A DNA stretch of 64,000 nucleotides. It comes from Candidatus Deferrimicrobiaceae bacterium (GTDB taxonomy: Bacteria > Desulfobacterota > Deferrimicrobia > Deferrimicrobiales > Deferrimicrobiaceae). Of the stretch, positions 60,801 to 64,000 are shown piece by piece. The notes below the pieces were generated by a model. It had not been told where the DNA came from. It did no database searches and worked only from the letters and a program-made list of their open reading frames with translations. The stretch lies in assembly GCA_963792415.1 (NCBI GenBank), contig CAWBVY010000001.1:128001-192000 (forward strand), given 5' to 3'. The position numbers were made by a program, and so were the translations under genes. The first letter of the stretch is position 1, and each line of letters starts with the position of its first letter.

Positions 60801-62021
60801 ATGCATAATTTCAGGATTATTAAGTTTATCTGCATCTTATCCATTATTTATTCAACAAATTTATCGCTGGCGGCTGATGTGACCAAGGCTCCGACTCCTC
60901 CAACCGGGCTCAAGATCGGGATGGATTCCATACCGTACGATCCCGGCTATCCGTATCCTCCAAGCACCACCATTGCCTCCCTCACCTGGGATTGGTCGAG
61001 CCTTGAAATAAGCGGAGCGGGATCGGACCTGTGGCATATCGCGTGGACGACGGACGGGTACGTATATACGGCGTGGGGCGACGGAGGTGGCCCAAATGTT
61101 CCAAGTGACGACGGCGTCGTGTGCCGCACCCACATGGGCATTGCGCGAACTTCCAGTACCCCTCCGGGGCTGTCGTGGTCGAACCGATGGGGATGCAAGG
61201 CCGACGGAACCGGCTGTCAGGATTGGGGGCAACTGTGGCACGCCGCTTCCTGCGACGCTCCCTATGGCGGGTCGCTGTCTGATTACGGAGTGCCGGAGGT
61301 ACTGTTCGCCGTAAACAACAGGGTGTACGTCATCTCATCCATACAAGGCGTGACCGAAGCAAAAATATCCTACTCCGACGACGGTGCGGCATCATGGACC
61401 ACCGCCAGTTGGGTGTGGGGTACCACCACGGGAGGATTTCATCCGTCAGGATTCGTCACGTACGGCGCGGGCAACGCAGGGGCGCGTGACGGCTATGCGT
61501 ACCTCATGGGAGGAAAGGTCGGCGACATCAAGGGCATCTATATGGCGAGAGTGCCCATCGGTGAACTGATGACGAAGGGAAGTTACCAGTATTTCACCGG
61601 GACGTCATCGTCCCCTTCTTGGGGCACATGGGAGAACGCCACCCGCATTCATTACGATGCAAGCCGGAAAGGACCCACGGACGGTCCGGGATTGTACAAC
61701 TACGTGACGTCGAGAATGACGTACTTCCCCGTGATCAATCGATACATCCTGATGACGAACGGCGGCGACATCGGTATGTTGCGCGTCTACGAGGCTCGGG
61801 AACCTTGGGGGCCGTGGAATACAGTCTACTACAGCGACACCTGGGGCAACTTCGGACCCACTCACGCGCTTTACTACAACGTCATTCCGAAGTTCACGAG
61901 TTCGGACAATAAGACCTTCTGGATGACGTTCTCCGCAGGCGGCGGGCCGGTGGACTACGATAAATATCACCTCATCAAGGGAACTTTCACCCTTGCGGCT
62001 GACCTGCCCCCTGAAAGATGA
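60801..62021 (+). CDS. Exported DUF4185-like putative glycan-active protein
   Basis: Signal peptide; SDLWHIAWTTDG.VYTAWGDGGG; Asp-box-like SDDGAASW; EAREPWGPW; Trp/Tyr/Gly-rich. Confidence 0.65.
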   Translation: MHNFRIIKFICILSIIYSTNLSLAADVTKAPTPPTGLKIGMDSIPYDPGYPYPPSTTIASLTWDWSSLEISGAGSDLWHIAWTTDGYVYTAWGDGGGPNVPSDDGVVCRTHMGIARTSSTPPGLSWSNRWGCKADGTGCQDWGQLWHAASCDAPYGGSLSDYGVPEVLFAVNNRVYVISSIQGVTEAKISYSDDGAASWTTASWVWGTTTGGFHPSGFVTYGAGNAGARDGYAYLMGGKVGDIKGIYMARVPIGELMTKGSYQYFTGTSSSPSWGTWENATRIHYDASRKGPTDGPGLYNYVTSRMTYFPVINRYILMTNGGDIGMLRVYEAREPWGPWNTVYYSDTWGNFGPTHALYYNVIPKFTSSDNKTFWMTFSAGGGPVDYDKYHLIKGTFTLAADLPPER

Positions 62022-62186
62022 CCAACCACAGACAGGGATTTTCCTCCGGTTGATCGCACGGACGGCAACCCCCGTGCAAGCAAACGGCTATTTCGGGGTC
62101 GAAGAAGGGGTCTTGCGGGAATGGTGTTCGGCGGTCTATCCCCGGAAGTTGAGGTCAAAAATTCAGCACGCCGTGAAATGTGAGAA

Positions 62187-62213
62187 GAGGGCGGGGCCAC
62201 AAACCCCGCCCTC
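62187..62213. terminator. GC hairpin between convergent genes
   Basis: GAGGGCGGGG-CCACAAA-CCCCGCCCTC. Confidence 0.55.
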
Positions 62214-62227
62214 TATTGATACGGCCG

Positions 62228-62449
62228 TCAAGGTGCAAATCTGACCCTGCTTCCAGGCCCCACCAATACATTCTTTTCAAGAACGACATGAAAGGCCTTT
62301 TCCGGATTCCCCGCGAAGGCCTTCCTCGCAACTTTTAACAACCCCAACAAGTTATTTGGCCGGTACTTGTTCCTACGCTCAAAAATACTGCCGATGGGTG
62401 TCTTCTCCCGTTCGACATAGTTCACGGAATAGACCAGGTAACTATACAT
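62228..62449 (-). CDS. Small hypothetical protein (ERR..R.NN family, paralogue A)
   Basis: GGAAGGAGGGAG RBS; aligns with 63592-63804. Confidence 0.7.
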   Translation of the reverse strand: MYSYLVYSVNYVEREKTPIGSIFERRNKYRPNNLLGLLKVARKAFAGNPEKAFHVVLEKNVLVGPGSRVRFAP

Positions 62450-62644
62450 GATGACTCCCTCCTTCCTCCTCTCGGGGGCCATGGAGACAACTTCCTCTTT
62501 CCTCTTGGTGCCAATGGATCTTCCAACACCCATATTATAACACCAATATAAATCGGTCATCGTGGCGTAATGGAATCGCTCAATAGCGCGGAAACGGGAA
62601 GGGCCGGAGGGATGTCCCCCGGCCCCCTAAGGAGAGGGAGGTTC

Positions 62645-63001
62645 TCATTGGAATTCGACAATCCTTATTATCTGTGCAACAGGGATGGCAACCTGATTGG
62701 TGAAGGCATTCTGGGGGGGGACGGAAACAAGCGATCCATCGCTAACGCCGGTGACGTTGAAAGTACCGGTTTTATCATTGAACGAGAGAAAAGTACCATC
62801 AAACGCAAGTTCTTCCGATGTGTTGTAGGTGGCCACTGCCCCCCCCGCCACATAAAATATCTGCTTCTTCACCCCGGCATTGAACAAGGATTGCGGTAAC
62901 GCATTCGCCTTGGTACCCCACCCAAAGTCCCAGTTCCAGTTCGAGCAACTGGCAAATACCATCACCGTAAACACGACCAGCGCAACAAGAAGTCGCTTCA
63001 T
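62645..63001 (-). CDS. Hypothetical lipoprotein
   Basis: MKRLLVALVVFTVMVFASC lipobox; AAAGGGGG RBS; hairpin downstream (~62601-62626). Confidence 0.75.
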   Translation of the reverse strand: MKRLLVALVVFTVMVFASCSNWNWDFGWGTKANALPQSLFNAGVKKQIFYVAGGAVATYNTSEELAFDGTFLSFNDKTGTFNVTGVSDGSLVSVPPQNAFTNQVAIPVAQIIRIVEFQ

Positions 63002-63290
63002 GACGCCCCCCTTTGGATATAGTCACGGAGATGTCAACGACAAGTGCGAGTAAATCCACCATGTCCCCTGGATGCCGGGAAGTCAACACGATAGATGAAG
63101 GTCTGATCTTCACGTTACTCGACCTGTCCAAGATTCATTTTCCAAAAATGGTCCGCCCTCGGAAGGGGTCTTATATTCAATAGGCGACAAGGCCGCGGGG
63201 TCCTACCCTCTCTGCCAAATAAAGATTCCATCCTGCTTTGCCGAAAGAATTCGGAGAGGGCAAATAATTGCCGGGGCGTGGGGGGGGAAG

Positions 63291-63548
63291 ATGACTTACG
63301 CGGAATTAGAGAATCATATCCTTCTGGCCGACCGAATGGTTGTAAGTTGCGCACCGAGGAAAGCGGAGTACGGGAGAGGATATATTGAAGGGATCAAAAT
63401 TCATTTCAATAACCCTCGGTCGACATCCCCCCCCGATCATTATTCAATCGCTGATATCGCCCGTAGAAACGGCAGCCGCGATGTTCATGCCTACGCTCGT
63501 GGGTACCGTGATGGCTGCAAGGGTTTGAAACCGGAACATATCGGCTGA
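63291..63548 (+). CDS. Small hypothetical protein with two YxRGYxxG motifs
   Basis: G-rich RBS; YGRGYIEG and YARGYRDG. Confidence 0.6.
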   Translation: MTYAELENHILLADRMVVSCAPRKAEYGRGYIEGIKIHFNNPRSTSPPDHYSIADIARRNGSRDVHAYARGYRDGCKGLKPEHIG

Positions 63549-63591
63549 ATTGATTATATTTTGAAGAAACGGTAACAGGGATGGTGAGAAT

Positions 63592-63804
63592 GTGAAAACC
63601 TACGCTGTCTATCGTCTCGGTTACTGGAACAATAAGCTGGAACTCGTGGGGAAGGTGGTGGAACGTCGGAAGGAAGAGCGGAAGAACAATGCCGCGGATA
63701 TGTTGCGATGGGCCCAAAAAATTTACGCAGCTTCCTCGATTGATTCAAGCATATTCATCGTCAAGGAGGGTTCCTCCGAGGGGCCTATATTTGGGGGCGC
63801 ATAG
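63592..63804 (+). CDS. Small hypothetical protein (ERR..R.NN family, paralogue B)
   Basis: GTG start; aligns with 62228-62449. Confidence 0.7.
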   Translation: MKTYAVYRLGYWNNKLELVGKVVERRKEERKNNAADMLRWAQKIYAASSIDSSIFIVKEGSSEGPIFGGA

Positions 63805-64000
63805 GCTGTCCTCGGCCTTGGGAAGGGCATCGCTGCAGGCTACCTGGTATCCGGTTGCGCCTGTCGAACCGGAAGTGGCGCGAACTGCCCGGGCGGTACA
63901 TCTTCGGACTTCAGGAAACGGAACAACCCTCCATCACAGGCGGTGCACTTCCTCCAGACAACCGCCGCCTCTCACCCCGACAAGATTCCTTCTTCAATTC

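Noticed and set aside
63835-64000. Minus-strand CxxC-containing reading (WRKCTACDGG)
   Set aside because: Short, at the window edge and without a clear start; cannot be supported.

Overview
GC-rich bacterial chromosome segment. Gene content and order (pilB-pilT-pilC-pilS, trmFO-xerC-hslVU-argBDFGH-lysA-dapFAB, selA) point to a deltaproteobacterial (Desulfobacterota/Myxococcota-like) organism; that assignment is inference. Left to right: (1) the 5' end of a Flp pilin gene with a sigma-54 promoter and a structured ~200-nt leader; (2) a ~10 kb ABC-transporter-dependent glycan island (5 glycosyltransferases, wzm/wzt, a methyltransferase with a 21-aa-repeat coiled coil, an exported HEAT-repeat protein) bounded by a 64-bp exact duplication of the 3' end of the methylmalonyl-CoA mutase gene; (3) acyl-CoA/fatty-acid metabolism genes, with an HTH protein fused to a degenerate ADP-ribosylglycohydrolase among them; (4) Lys/Arg biosynthesis, HslUV, XerC, TrmFO, type IV pilus genes, aroE, an HNH nuclease and selA; (5) two copies of a ~163-bp hairpin element with compensatory base changes; (6) a STAND-like ATPase fused to an RsbW-type anti-sigma kinase, coupled to a STAS protein; (7) radical SAM, RNase G and tRNA-Thr(CGT), then a decayed integrase and an AT-richer accessory island with small paralogous ORFs. 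The best novelty candidates are the STAND-ATPase/RsbW + STAS module, the HTH-pseudo-ARH protein, the covarying hairpin element and the WbdD-like ruler methyltransferase. All calls are by eye from motifs; no searches were run.
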